Positions 8,910-18,917 of a DNA stretch of 64,000 nt are shown piece by piece. Numbering within the stretch: position 1 is the stretch's first letter; each line of letters starts with the position of its first letter. Below the pieces are notes generated by a model that was not told the origin of the DNA, did no database searches, and saw only the letters and a list, made by a program, of their open reading frames with translations. Both the position numbers and the translations under genes were made by a program. The stretch covers positions 458,628 to 522,627 of the forward strand of contig JACPTS010000001.1 in assembly GCA_016192685.1 (NCBI GenBank), in the 5' to 3' direction. The stretch comes from Candidatus Harrisonbacteria bacterium. Lineage in GTDB: Bacteria; Patescibacteriota; Minisyncoccia; UBA6257; 02-FULL-45-10c.

Positions 8910-10808
8910 ATGATTATGGGGATGTCTTCAAAAAATTTTTTTAAAGAAATTTTTTTGGCTTTATTTTTGGTTTTACTTTTTTCCAGTCCCGGAATTGCCG
9001 AGGCTCATTGCAAATGGAGTCATCCGCACCATTGCGTTACTCAAACAGTTGATAATTTTGGTCAGGTAGTTAGTAATATTACAGCTGTCACTGTTAATTT
9101 TTTTATTACTGCTTATAATGTTACCGTGAATGTTGTAGCGGTGGCGTGGGATATGACTGTTGTAGTGGGAACTGGAGGAATTGCTTGCGTGGCAGGCGTG
9201 GATTGCGACGTTCTACTTAGAGACGCGGGTTGCCGAATCAACGATTTAACTCAAGATCCGCGTCACCTCCGTTGTTTTGAGCAAGGAGGAATTTTAACTA
9301 TTGGCGAGATAGCGATTGACGCTCCTGCTTGTTTGGCCGCCGGCGCCGAGCTGACTTTTTATGATGCGGGGCCGCGTTCTCCGGACGAAAAAAATTCCAC
9401 GGTTCAGATTTATCGTTTTACCCTGCCTCAAACCGAGCGTTATTATCCGGTTGGCGGCTTAACCGATGAACAAGCCCAAAACGCGGCAGTGATGAATTGG
9501 ATGGCTGGCCTTGATAATCAAGTCGGCAACGGCCTTATCAGCCCTTATGATTTTATTAAAGAAAGCAGTTATTTTTTGGCCAAAGGAGCCGCGGCCGCGC
9601 CGTTAGTGGAAGTTCCGTACAATAAAGTTTGCGGCGCGAGCGGCGTTTGCAGAATTCGGGACCAAGCCCTGCCCAAAGATAAATTTTTCGCTTATATCGC
9701 GAAAACTGCCGCTGATTACGCGTTAACTATTCCCAAAGGAGCAGTTTATCAGCTTCAGGGTGAATGTCCGGTTGGTAATAGCAGTTACACGACTGGCGGG
9801 AAGATTTATTGCGTAGATGAAGCGGGCCAATACAACTTTAACACTTATAAATTGATGTATTTCTTTATCAGCGATCAGGGCGGCAGAAGGGCGGAAGCGC
9901 GCTACGAAGCTCCGCCTGGCGGCTATGAAAATTCCGACGGGGATTGGGTTCCTTGGTTCGGAGAGCCAAAGTGGTTCATTATTGACGCTAACGGCAAAAG
10001 GATTGACGCGGCTATTGACGCTTCTTTGCTGGAAGACAAAGAAACATCAGAAATTTCCGGCATTAAAAATAATTACGGCAATTATTATTTTAAATTCACG
10101 GAAGATTTCTTTTTTCGGCGGCAAGGAAAATTTTTAAGCGCCAAATCCGGCCAGCCGGTAACGGACACCTATATCGGTTCCCCATTTAATTTGGTTAACG
10201 GCAACGGCATTTTCGGGCCGTTTAAACCGATTGCCGAGACGGCTTGCCCGCCGATTCCGGCGCCAACCGTTATTAGCCAAACCTGCAACGCGGTTACTCT
10301 GGAATCAAAAGAATCAAAGCCACTTAATGTTCTTAGGCGGGTTAAGGGCGATACAGGCGGTTTTATTTTGGCGGGCCAATTTGATTTTTCCGGCGGCAGA
10401 ATTTTTACCGATGCCAATCTTCAGCCGCATACCAATTATGAATATGCTTTGGTGCCGGCTGCCGCGGATGCGGGAACAGTGGTTCAGAATGACCAAATAA
10501 TTGAGGCTTATACTTTTTGCCGGCCAAGTTGCAAAATTTTATCTGAATCTGCCGCCATACCCGAGTTAGGCTCGGCAGATTTAAAGTGGCAGTGTGCTTC
10601 CGATACGGTTCCGATTTCCTGCCAGGTTCAATCCGATGACCGTAAAATCGGCGTTAAATCCGGTTTGAATTCCGCTGGTTCGTTGAAAGTTTCTCCGTCT
10701 GATGATTCCCGATATATTTTAACTTGTATGAATGTTGACGGTTCGGTTACGCTTACGCCGTTTAAGGTTAATATATTGAAGCCCGGTATAAAAGAAGTAA
10801 AGCCATGA
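8910..10808 (+). CDS. Large exported Cys-rich protein with FN3/Ig-like C-terminal modules, ending KPGIKEVKP
   Basis: Signal peptide (AEA), FTD.NLQPHTNYEY FN3-like pattern, LKWQC...YILTC module; stop overlaps the PilX-like start. Confidence 0.7.
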   Translation: MIMGMSSKNFFKEIFLALFLVLLFSSPGIAEAHCKWSHPHHCVTQTVDNFGQVVSNITAVTVNFFITAYNVTVNVVAVAWDMTVVVGTGGIACVAGVDCDVLLRDAGCRINDLTQDPRHLRCFEQGGILTIGEIAIDAPACLAAGAELTFYDAGPRSPDEKNSTVQIYRFTLPQTERYYPVGGLTDEQAQNAAVMNWMAGLDNQVGNGLISPYDFIKESSYFLAKGAAAAPLVEVPYNKVCGASGVCRIRDQALPKDKFFAYIAKTAADYALTIPKGAVYQLQGECPVGNSSYTTGGKIYCVDEAGQYNFNTYKLMYFFISDQGGRRAEARYEAPPGGYENSDGDWVPWFGEPKWFIIDANGKRIDAAIDASLLEDKETSEISGIKNNYGNYYFKFTEDFFFRRQGKFLSAKSGQPVTDTYIGSPFNLVNGNGIFGPFKPIAETACPPIPAPTVISQTCNAVTLESKESKPLNVLRRVKGDTGGFILAGQFDFSGGRIFTDANLQPHTNYEYALVPAAADAGTVVQNDQIIEAYTFCRPSCKILSESAAIPELGSADLKWQCASDTVPISCQVQSDDRKIGVKSGLNSAGSLKVSPSDDSRYILTCMNVDGSVTLTPFKVNILKPGIKEVKP

Positions 10809-11173
10809 AGGGGCAAGTGATGCTTATAACAGTTTTAGTTCTTTCCGGAACTATTTTGGGGGCAACGGCGATTGCCGGCCTTTTGATGGTTTATCAATTG
10901 CGCCAGTCCAATGATGTCATAAATTCCAATAAAGCGATTTTTGCCGCGGATTCCGGAATTGAATGGCGGCTGTATAAATTTTTTAAAGCCGACAGCCAGA
11001 TTTGCAAAGAATGTCCGGACGGCGGCGTTTGCCCGGGACCCAATTTTGAAAATGGCGCCAGTTTTCAGACTACCTGCGAGCTTTTAGGGGGCGGCGCTGT
11101 CCCAACCGTTAAAGTAAAATCCACCGGCACTGCCGGCAACAATTCCAGGGCTTTTGAAATTATTTTACAGTAA
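10805..11173 (+). CDS. Minor pilin, PilX/GspK-like
   Basis: KG|QVMLI prepilin motif lacking Glu5, KAIFAADSGIE helix motif, VKSTG...RAFE C-terminal strands. Confidence 0.8.
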   Translation: MKGQVMLITVLVLSGTILGATAIAGLLMVYQLRQSNDVINSNKAIFAADSGIEWRLYKFFKADSQICKECPDGGVCPGPNFENGASFQTTCELLGGGAVPTVKVKSTGTAGNNSRAFEIILQ

Positions 11174-11186
11174 AAAGATTTTGTCC

Positions 11187-14018
11187 ATGAAGCATTTTCT
11201 CATATTTATAATAATTATTTTGATTATCGGTTTTTTCAGCATTGCCGCGACGTGGTTTTTTGAGTATCGCCTGCGATGGCCGGTTGTTTCTTATTTTTTT
11301 TCCGGTTTTGACAGTTGGGAAATGGTTAAGTATCCGAAAAGAGTTATGCTGACTTTGGAAAATTGGAGCGATGCCGAGCAAGCCGCCGCTTTAATTAAAA
11401 AAAACGGCGGGCAGATTATCAAGCTCGTTCATTGGCCGGAAAAAAATGTTGTGATAGCCCTGCTTCCCGATAAAGACGCGGAGCAAATTATCCGCCGGGA
11501 CGCTTTCTGGGGCGGAATCGTTGGTTTTTTCGGTTTTACCGGTGCGGGAAATAAAATCGGAGGCGGTATTGATTCCGTGATTACCGATGGAAAGGTTTCC
11601 GCTGATTCCGCGCAGGTTCCCAATTGGGGCGTTTTGAGAATTAAAGCCAATGAAGCTTGGGCCATGAGCCGCGGCTCGGGCGTTCGCATAGCGTTATTGG
11701 ACAGCGGGATTCAGCGCGACCATCCGGATCTGGCCGCGAATATTAAAGGAGGAATTAATTTTATTGCCGGATTGGGCGCTGACCAATGGGGTGATGACGG
11801 TGGCCACGGAACGCATGTCGCCGGAATTATCGCGGCGCTGGATAATGATTTTGGCGTTGTCGGCGCAGCGCCGGAGGCAAATTTATTCGGGGTTAAGGTG
11901 CTGGACGGGGCTGGCAGCGGATATTGGAGCGATGTGATATCCGGAATTTATTGGGCCGTGGAGAATAACATGAAAATCGCCAATATTAGCTTGGGCGGCC
12001 CGCAGGGATTTGATGAATTAAAAAACGCGGTTGATTACGCTTATCAGCACGGAGTTTTGCTGGTTGCGTCTGCCGGAAACAACGGCGCCAGCGGCGGAGC
12101 AGTCAGTTATCCGGGCGCTTATGATTCCGTGATTGCAGTTTCGGCGACTATTCCGGACGACCGTCTGGCTTCCTTTAGTTCGTACGGGCCTCAGGTTGAA
12201 TTAGCCGCTCCGGGTTCCGAGATTAACTCCACTTCCAATAATAGTTTATATTCCGCGCTTAGCGGCACTTCTTTAGCCGCCCCTTTTGTAAGCGGAGCCG
12301 CCGCGCTGGTATGGGCGAAGAACCCTCAATTTACCGCGGTTCAGGTTCGGGAACAATTGCGCGCCACGGCGATTGATTTGGGAATGCCCGGAAAAGATAA
12401 TCAATACGGATACGGTTTGGTTAATGGGCGGGAGAGCGTGATTGCCAGATTGCCGGCATCGCTGATTTTACTTTCTCCGCGGGGCGGCGAGCAATGGCAG
12501 CAGGGTACGCTTCATAATATTTTTTGGTCTTCGCAAAATTTGAACCAAAATGAAAATGTTGACATCAATTTAATCAGGCAATACACCGTTTATGACGATT
12601 TGTGGGATTCTGCCGGAGTAGTCAGCAGCGGAGGCGCCAGCGCCGGGGCGCAATGCGACCAGTTTTTGTCAACTTATAATCGTATTTACGCTCCCAACGA
12701 AAGATATTCTATTAATACCCACAGGCCGCATTGCACTTTTAATAAATTTATACGGAGGCAGGTTGTCCGGGAGGCTGTGGAAGCAATCAGTATTGCCAAA
12801 GGAACAATTAATGACGGAATGGAAGAGTGGGCCGTGCCGGCTGATTTGCCGCCCGAAGGCCGATATTTTGTTGAGGTAAAATGCGGACAAGATTTTGTCG
12901 GCGTCTGCCAGCCGGGAAAAAGTTCCGAATTCAGTATCGCGTTTACGCCTCCGCAGTCATTTTCAATTCTTTTTCCCAATGGCGGGGAGCAATGGCCGTT
13001 GGGAAGTTCTCAGTCGGTAATTTGGTCTTCCTCATATTACGGTTTAGTCGGCGTGGACATCAGTTTATTTCAAAACAAGAGCACACCTCAATATTCGCTT
13101 GAAAAAGAAATCGGCAGCCCCTGGGTTGGCATTGGAAGCGCGGCTAATCCGGACACTTGCGACGGCAACAGAGCCTCGCGCGAGAATGGCGGGGTCTATG
13201 CCTGCCCGGCAACTAATTCCAACGGGAGTTTTACTTGTTCGGATATCGCGGAATCGCGCGATACTGCCGGATATTATTTCCAGCGGGAGGTGGCCTGTTC
13301 TTATTTGGTGTCCGGCACGACTGATACCTTGGAATTGGTCCGGCTTCTGGAATCCGGCATTAATAATGACGGTTCGGAAATAATTGTTATTCCGGCGGAT
13401 TTGCCGTTAAGCGACCAATATTTCATACAGGTCGGCTGTTCCCGATTTTCCGGTTCCTGCGTTCCCGGCAGGAGCGGGCAAGCGCTAAGCATTGTCAGCG
13501 ATAGTCCCGCCGGTTTATCTATTTTATCTTCCGGCGGAAATGAGCAGTGGCAGGCGGGAAAAATGCAAACAGTCAGCTGGCAGAGCGTTGATTATCCGTC
13601 AGACGGAACCGTTGATATTTATCTCTTGAAAAAGACAACCGGCGCGCTCCGCTCTTTTTTGAACGTCATTACCTTTGACGCGATTAAGGATTATGAAATA
13701 TTTAAGCCTTTAATGCTGGAGGCTCCTAATACCGGAAGGGCAATGATTATTGTTCCGGAGGATATTAATGCCGGAGATGAATATTTAATTCAGATTGTTT
13801 GCGGTAAGAATACTCTGCGGGCTCCCTGCCATGGCGATATCAGCGATAAACCATTTCGCATTTTAGCCCCGAATTTTGATAATTCTTCCGAAGAGAGAAA
13901 TTTTTCTGTTCCTTACGTTGCTTCCACTACTATAATTAATAATCAGACCCGATTTCCATATCGCAGGGCTGTTCAGCCTTCAAAATTAAAACCCGGATTT
14001 TATGAAATTCGTCCTTAA
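11187..14018 (+). CDS. S8 subtilase with N-terminal TM/prodomain and three Ig-like (SPxGGEQW) modules, ending KPGFYEIRP
   Basis: Triad LDSG / HGTHVAG / SGTSLAAP; oxyanion SAGN; ATG 11187 preferred over TTG 11154. Confidence 0.9.
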   Translation: MKHFLIFIIIILIIGFFSIAATWFFEYRLRWPVVSYFFSGFDSWEMVKYPKRVMLTLENWSDAEQAAALIKKNGGQIIKLVHWPEKNVVIALLPDKDAEQIIRRDAFWGGIVGFFGFTGAGNKIGGGIDSVITDGKVSADSAQVPNWGVLRIKANEAWAMSRGSGVRIALLDSGIQRDHPDLAANIKGGINFIAGLGADQWGDDGGHGTHVAGIIAALDNDFGVVGAAPEANLFGVKVLDGAGSGYWSDVISGIYWAVENNMKIANISLGGPQGFDELKNAVDYAYQHGVLLVASAGNNGASGGAVSYPGAYDSVIAVSATIPDDRLASFSSYGPQVELAAPGSEINSTSNNSLYSALSGTSLAAPFVSGAAALVWAKNPQFTAVQVREQLRATAIDLGMPGKDNQYGYGLVNGRESVIARLPASLILLSPRGGEQWQQGTLHNIFWSSQNLNQNENVDINLIRQYTVYDDLWDSAGVVSSGGASAGAQCDQFLSTYNRIYAPNERYSINTHRPHCTFNKFIRRQVVREAVEAISIAKGTINDGMEEWAVPADLPPEGRYFVEVKCGQDFVGVCQPGKSSEFSIAFTPPQSFSILFPNGGEQWPLGSSQSVIWSSSYYGLVGVDISLFQNKSTPQYSLEKEIGSPWVGIGSAANPDTCDGNRASRENGGVYACPATNSNGSFTCSDIAESRDTAGYYFQREVACSYLVSGTTDTLELVRLLESGINNDGSEIIVIPADLPLSDQYFIQVGCSRFSGSCVPGRSGQALSIVSDSPAGLSILSSGGNEQWQAGKMQTVSWQSVDYPSDGTVDIYLLKKTTGALRSFLNVITFDAIKDYEIFKPLMLEAPNTGRAMIIVPEDINAGDEYLIQIVCGKNTLRAPCHGDISDKPFRILAPNFDNSSEERNFSVPYVASTTIINNQTRFPYRRAVQPSKLKPGFYEIRP

Positions 14019-14056
14019 GATTATCCATAAGGTTAAAAATATGGCATAATAAATTT

Positions 14057-14893
14057 ATGGGCAGAAACAGAAGGGGCTATATAATGGTATCTTTGGCGAT
14101 GGCTTTGTTATTTTTTAATGGGCTGGCAGAGGCCGCTTACGAGGTGAAAGTTAATCTTAATACTCTTGGCGGCGGGACAGGCCGGGTTATTTTTTCCGCG
14201 ACTTCGTCCCGCGATTTTGAATTTTCCGGCTGGTCCGGCGAATCCTGCATAGGCAAAGGACTTTGCGTTCTTGGAGATCTTATTCCGAAAAGTTCTAAAA
14301 TAGTAATCGCCAGCTTTAACGCGCCGCTGTGCACTGAATTTACTTATTCTGATTTCGGCGCCTGCCAATTGGACGGCACGGCGCGGAGAACCGTCACATC
14401 TGCCGGTCCGCTGGGGTGCGTTGGCGGGGATCCGGTAACCAGCCGGGGATGTTTTTATGACCCTTGCGCCAGAGCCCAGACCACAGAAGTGACAGAGCCT
14501 AGTTTGTGGGAAAGGTTTAAGGATATGGTGGGTTCGGTGCAACAAGGTGATTATAAGGAAGCGCTTGATAAAGCTGTTGATTTAGTTACTGGAGGCGGCA
14601 AAAAAGAGCCCCTCTTGGAGATTCCGTCAAGTTTCCCGCCGGGCGGGGGCGCTGGCGGCCCTTCTCAATATGAAGTGGATGTTAGCGACACGACGGTCAT
14701 TCCTGTTTCCGGACCTAAGCCCGAACCTCTTTATGAGCTTCCTGATATTATAATTACTGCTCCTCGTTATGTTGAACCCAAGCCCGAGACTGAGCTTCCT
14801 GATATTATAATTACTGCTCCTCGTGATAAGCCCGGATTTGATTTTCAGTTTGATACTAGTTTTACAGCAGATCCAGGTGTTCGGTGCAAGTAA
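14057..14893 (+). CDS. Exported mosaic protein (partial InlB-B-like repeat, Cys module, tandem ELPDIIITAPR repeats)
   Basis: N-terminal signal; FSGWSG..C..C; 34-bp exact repeat at 14734-14767 and 14791-14824. Confidence 0.6.
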   Translation: MGRNRRGYIMVSLAMALLFFNGLAEAAYEVKVNLNTLGGGTGRVIFSATSSRDFEFSGWSGESCIGKGLCVLGDLIPKSSKIVIASFNAPLCTEFTYSDFGACQLDGTARRTVTSAGPLGCVGGDPVTSRGCFYDPCARAQTTEVTEPSLWERFKDMVGSVQQGDYKEALDKAVDLVTGGGKKEPLLEIPSSFPPGGGAGGPSQYEVDVSDTTVIPVSGPKPEPLYELPDIIITAPRYVEPKPETELPDIIITAPRDKPGFDFQFDTSFTADPGVRCK

Positions 14894-14902
14894 GGATTTA
14901 TT

Positions 14903-17635
14903 ATGAACTCGCAAAAAATCATTTTTGTAATATTTTGCATTATCGCAATCGTCATTGCTTTATTTGTAATTAATAAAATTGAAACTGCCCCCCAGCAAGT
15001 TCCAGTTACAACACAGCTAACAGCGTGGGAAATACCGGCGCCAGCACCGCCAACCAAAGCATTGGCTCCGGCCGGCAAAGAAACTCCTCTGGAAAAAGAA
15101 TATCCCAGGCAAGTAATGATTGGATTGCGAGCTTGGAGCGATGTGGAATCCGCGAAGAAAATCATTACTGATAATGGCGGACAAATAATCAAAACTTTGA
15201 AATGGCCGGCCAAAAATGTCATTATCGCGGTCCTGCCGGATAAGAATGTAGAACAGAAAATTCTGAAAAATTCTTTTTGGGGAAAGTTAATCGGAGGAAT
15301 CGGGCTGACTTCTTTGGGAAATAAATTAAGCGGCGGCGTGGATTACGTGGAAAAAGATTTGAAAGTCCCGGCGCAAGCCATTAATCCCATTGATTGGGGA
15401 GTGGCGCGCATTAAGGCGGATAAAGTATGGAATGCGAGTACGGGCAAAGGCGTGAAAGTGGCGGTTATTGATTCCGGCATTCAGCGCGACCATCCGGACT
15501 TGGTTGCCAATATTAAAGGAGGAATCAGTTTTATGCCCGGTTCGCCGGCTCAATGGGATGACGAAGGCGGCCATGGCACTAAAGTCGCCGGCTTAATCGC
15601 CGCCGTGAATAATGATATTGGTTATGTTGGTGTTGCGCCGGAAGCCGATATCTACGCGGTAAAAGTCATGGGTAAAGACGGCCTGGCCGCCACCAGCGAT
15701 ATGATTTCCGGAATTTATTGGGCCGCGGACAATGGGATGGATGTTGTTAATTTGAGCCTTGGCGTCTATATGGACCCTGTTATATATAGTAAGACTATCG
15801 CGGAAGAAAAGGCGGCAGTGGATTATGCTTATTCGCGCGGCGTTGTCCTTATAGCTTCTTCCGGCAATGAGCCAAAAGATGGGCCGGATTGCGACAAGGT
15901 TATTTATCCCGCGGCGCTTGACGCGGTTATCGCGGTGGGCGCGACTGCCCCGGATAATACTGTCGTTGATTTCAGCTGTCATGGTCCGGAGGTTGAGCTG
16001 GCTGCTCCGGGGCTTTTTAATAATGTTCCGGTTATGGGAAGTTCTTATGGTTATGGCAACGGCACTTCCATAGCCGCTCCTTTTGTGTCAGGAGTGGCGG
16101 CGCTTATTTTACAAAAAAATCCTCAATTTACTCCGTCAGAGGTTCGCGAGCGGCTGGATTCCACCGCGGTTGATTTTGGCGCGCCCGGCAGAGATGAATA
16201 CTTTGGCTATGGATTGGTAAACGCGTATGACAGCTTGTTTCCTCCGGTTTTGCCCGTAACCATTACTCTTATCTATCCAAAAGGAGGAGAAAAGTGGTGG
16301 GAAGGCACGCAGCAGAAAGTTAGTTGGAGCGTGGCTAATGTGCCCAGCGGCGAAAAAGTGGATAAAGTGGATATTCAATTGATTCGCCAATCCGGCGGCA
16401 CAATCGAAACCATTCCCCTTGCCTTGGACGCGGTTAATAATGGCAGTTTATTATTGAATGTTCCTTCCGGATTGTTGGTTACCGGCGCGTCTGACAGTTA
16501 TTATCTTCAAGTAAGCTGCGCGAAATCATTTGTCGGAAAATGCCAGCCGGCTAAAAGCGGGCCATTGGATATTACGGCCGTGCCTCCGCAGGCGTTAAAA
16601 ATTATTTCTCCCAACGGAGGCGAGCAGTGGCCGCAGGGGACAATTCAATCCGTGTTGTGGACAGGAAATTATTTTGGCGGGCCGAATGTTGATATTACTC
16701 TTTTGAAAAAAACGCAGATATCGCAGTATTCTCTTAGTTTTCAGAGTCCGGAATCTTGGTATGGGGGCGGTATTTGGGACCCGCGGGGCATAGATACTTG
16801 TAACGGTAATTTTGGCAAGCGCGTTGACGGCGGAGTTTTTTCTTGTCCCGCAACTTATTCATCCGACAGTTTTTCTTGCGTAGATGTCGCTACGGACAAA
16901 AGCGTGTCAGGATGGTACTGGAAAACAAATGTTACTTGCGCATATAAACAAACAGGTTTAACTGACGCGACTACCCCAGTACAAACACTTGCGGCAAATA
17001 TTATAAATAAAGGCTCGGCGGAAATTGCCGTGCCCAGCGATGCGGAGGGAAATAATTATCTTATCCAATTAAGCTGCGCCAATTTTACCGGAGAATGCGC
17101 TAAAGGATTAAGCAACGCTCCATTCAGCATTATCCGTTTGGCGGACCCGGTAGTTCTTACTATCAATAAATTCGGCGCCGGCGCGGTAACTGACGGAAAT
17201 ATTATTTGCGGCAGCAGCAGGGATGCTTGTTTAGAAAATTATGAAAGAGGAACCGCGGTAACTTTATCTGCCGCGTCAACAAATCCTATCGTAATATTTA
17301 CCGGCTGGTCCGGAGCTTGCAGCGGCACCGGAACCTGCCAGGTTACCATGGGCGGGGACCAGTCAGTAACTGCCACGTTTTCCGTGAGAGCGGTAACTCT
17401 TATCGCGGAGGCGGATCCGGGCTCAATATTTACCGGCTGGTCCGGAGCTTGCAGCGGCACCGGAACCTGCCAGGTTACAAGCGACCAACAATCAGTTACG
17501 GCTAATTTTATTAAAAGCCAGGTTATTCAGACGCCGCCACCTCCATCGCCTTCGTCACCGTCTCCGTCTCCGTCTCCGCCGCCAGCCGCTCCAAGTCCAT
17601 TTACTCCAGTGCAACTTCGCGAAGTTAAGCCGTAA
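14903..17635 (+). CDS. S8 subtilase paralog with two Ig-like modules, InlB-B-like repeats and Pro/Ser linker, ending PVQLREVKP
   Basis: Triad IDSG / HGTKVAG / NGTSIAAP; FTGWSGACSGTGTC repeats (54-bp exact repeat at 17293-17346 and 17425-17478). Confidence 0.9.
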   Translation: MNSQKIIFVIFCIIAIVIALFVINKIETAPQQVPVTTQLTAWEIPAPAPPTKALAPAGKETPLEKEYPRQVMIGLRAWSDVESAKKIITDNGGQIIKTLKWPAKNVIIAVLPDKNVEQKILKNSFWGKLIGGIGLTSLGNKLSGGVDYVEKDLKVPAQAINPIDWGVARIKADKVWNASTGKGVKVAVIDSGIQRDHPDLVANIKGGISFMPGSPAQWDDEGGHGTKVAGLIAAVNNDIGYVGVAPEADIYAVKVMGKDGLAATSDMISGIYWAADNGMDVVNLSLGVYMDPVIYSKTIAEEKAAVDYAYSRGVVLIASSGNEPKDGPDCDKVIYPAALDAVIAVGATAPDNTVVDFSCHGPEVELAAPGLFNNVPVMGSSYGYGNGTSIAAPFVSGVAALILQKNPQFTPSEVRERLDSTAVDFGAPGRDEYFGYGLVNAYDSLFPPVLPVTITLIYPKGGEKWWEGTQQKVSWSVANVPSGEKVDKVDIQLIRQSGGTIETIPLALDAVNNGSLLLNVPSGLLVTGASDSYYLQVSCAKSFVGKCQPAKSGPLDITAVPPQALKIISPNGGEQWPQGTIQSVLWTGNYFGGPNVDITLLKKTQISQYSLSFQSPESWYGGGIWDPRGIDTCNGNFGKRVDGGVFSCPATYSSDSFSCVDVATDKSVSGWYWKTNVTCAYKQTGLTDATTPVQTLAANIINKGSAEIAVPSDAEGNNYLIQLSCANFTGECAKGLSNAPFSIIRLADPVVLTINKFGAGAVTDGNIICGSSRDACLENYERGTAVTLSAASTNPIVIFTGWSGACSGTGTCQVTMGGDQSVTATFSVRAVTLIAEADPGSIFTGWSGACSGTGTCQVTSDQQSVTANFIKSQVIQTPPPPSPSSPSPSPSPPPAAPSPFTPVQLREVKP

Positions 17636-17640
17636 AAAAT

Positions 17641-17682
17641 ACCCCCACCGAGCACATAACGTTTTATGTGTTCGGTGGGGGT
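17641..17682. terminator. Bidirectional terminator hairpin carrying a CCGAGCACATAA..TTATGTGTTCGG palindrome
   Basis: ACCCCCACCGAGCACATAA / TTATGTGTTCGGTGGGGGT between convergent genes. Confidence 0.7.
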
Positions 17683-17686
17683 TTGG

Positions 17687-18796
17687 TTATTTTTTCTTCC
17701 GCTTGGCAATTTCCTCATCGTCCATTTTAATTGCCTTCTCCAAAATTCGCATTGAAAGATCTGCGTGATATCCATTCTGATGTGGTTTGGGGGAAGTATT
17801 TATTTTGAAGTAGTCGTTGATGTAGCTTACAATTTGTAAGAGATAACTCCCGTCTTTCATTTGGCGATGCCGGTGGTTTCTTGGCACTTCCTTAAGATCA
17901 AGCGCGTAGTAGAGCATTTCGTGGGCCACAATATCATAAATTAATGCCTCCCTATCTTCAAAGCTGAATTTGTTATAGACAGATTGCTCGCCTCGAATGA
18001 TCCGGAAAATGCTCTCAAGATAAATTTCCGCTTTCTTATTATTAAAGTCAATTCTTCCCAAGCCCTTCGGATTTCTGCTTTTGAGAAACACAATTCCGGG
18101 CATCGGCGTATTCGGGTCAATTTCGGTGATTTTCACCGCCTCTTTCCAGATATTTTGGATTAACTGCTCATCGGATTTCCATTCTTGGATTAATTTTTCA
18201 TCTTGAATAAATTTCTTATCATCTTCTCGTTTTTCCTCTTCGTCCTCGTCAATTGCTTTCGTCAAAGACTGCATTGAAAGATTTACGTGATATCCATTCC
18301 GATGCGATTTGAAGCCATCGTTGATTTTGAAGTAGTCATTGATATAGCTTAAGACTGGCAAGAGATACCCTTTCTCTTTCATTTGACGATGATGAAGATT
18401 ACCCGGCACATCTTTAAGATAAAGTGCGCCGTGGAGCATTTCGTGAGCTACCGTATTATAAACAGACGCCTCTATCTCTTTATGGCTGAAGTCATAACCA
18501 GATGTTCCGTCAGATTTTTGATAAGCATCTTGTGCTTTCCAAATAAATTCCGTAATACTCCCAAGATAAATCTCTGCTTTATTATATTCGTAGAAGAATT
18601 TTCCTAGAGCTTTTGGTTCTGTTTTTTTGAGAAATATAACTTGAGGCATCGGCGTATTCGGGTCAATTTCGGTGATTTTCACCGCCTCTTTCCAGATATT
18701 TTGGATTAACTGCTCATCGGATTTCCACTCTTCGCATCCGCTCAAAACTATTACTGGCAAGAGCAGCGCGCTCCGGGCCAATTTTTTAAGGTTCAT
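17687..18796 (-). CDS. Putative lipoprotein with two duplicated zincin-like domains
   Basis: Lipobox VLSGC; AHEMLH in repeat 1, AHEMLY in repeat 2; 83-bp exact duplication at 18099-18181 and 18645-18727. Confidence 0.65.
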   Translation of the reverse strand: MNLKKLARSALLLPVIVLSGCEEWKSDEQLIQNIWKEAVKITEIDPNTPMPQVIFLKKTEPKALGKFFYEYNKAEIYLGSITEFIWKAQDAYQKSDGTSGYDFSHKEIEASVYNTVAHEMLHGALYLKDVPGNLHHRQMKEKGYLLPVLSYINDYFKINDGFKSHRNGYHVNLSMQSLTKAIDEDEEEKREDDKKFIQDEKLIQEWKSDEQLIQNIWKEAVKITEIDPNTPMPGIVFLKSRNPKGLGRIDFNNKKAEIYLESIFRIIRGEQSVYNKFSFEDREALIYDIVAHEMLYYALDLKEVPRNHRHRQMKDGSYLLQIVSYINDYFKINTSPKPHQNGYHADLSMRILEKAIKMDDEEIAKRKKK

Positions 18797-18917
18797 TACT
18801 TTCTCCTATTGAGGTATGCTTTTAGCTTATATAATAATAACATATATTATAAATTTATGCAAGTTCTTTTTGACGGTAATTTAGAATATAATTTACTTAA
18901 CAGATTCCGTTAAAATT

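Noticed and set aside
17293-18727. Exact repeats as diversity-generating retroelement TR/VR pairs
   Set aside because: Copies are identical rather than differing at adenines, and no reverse transcriptase is in the window
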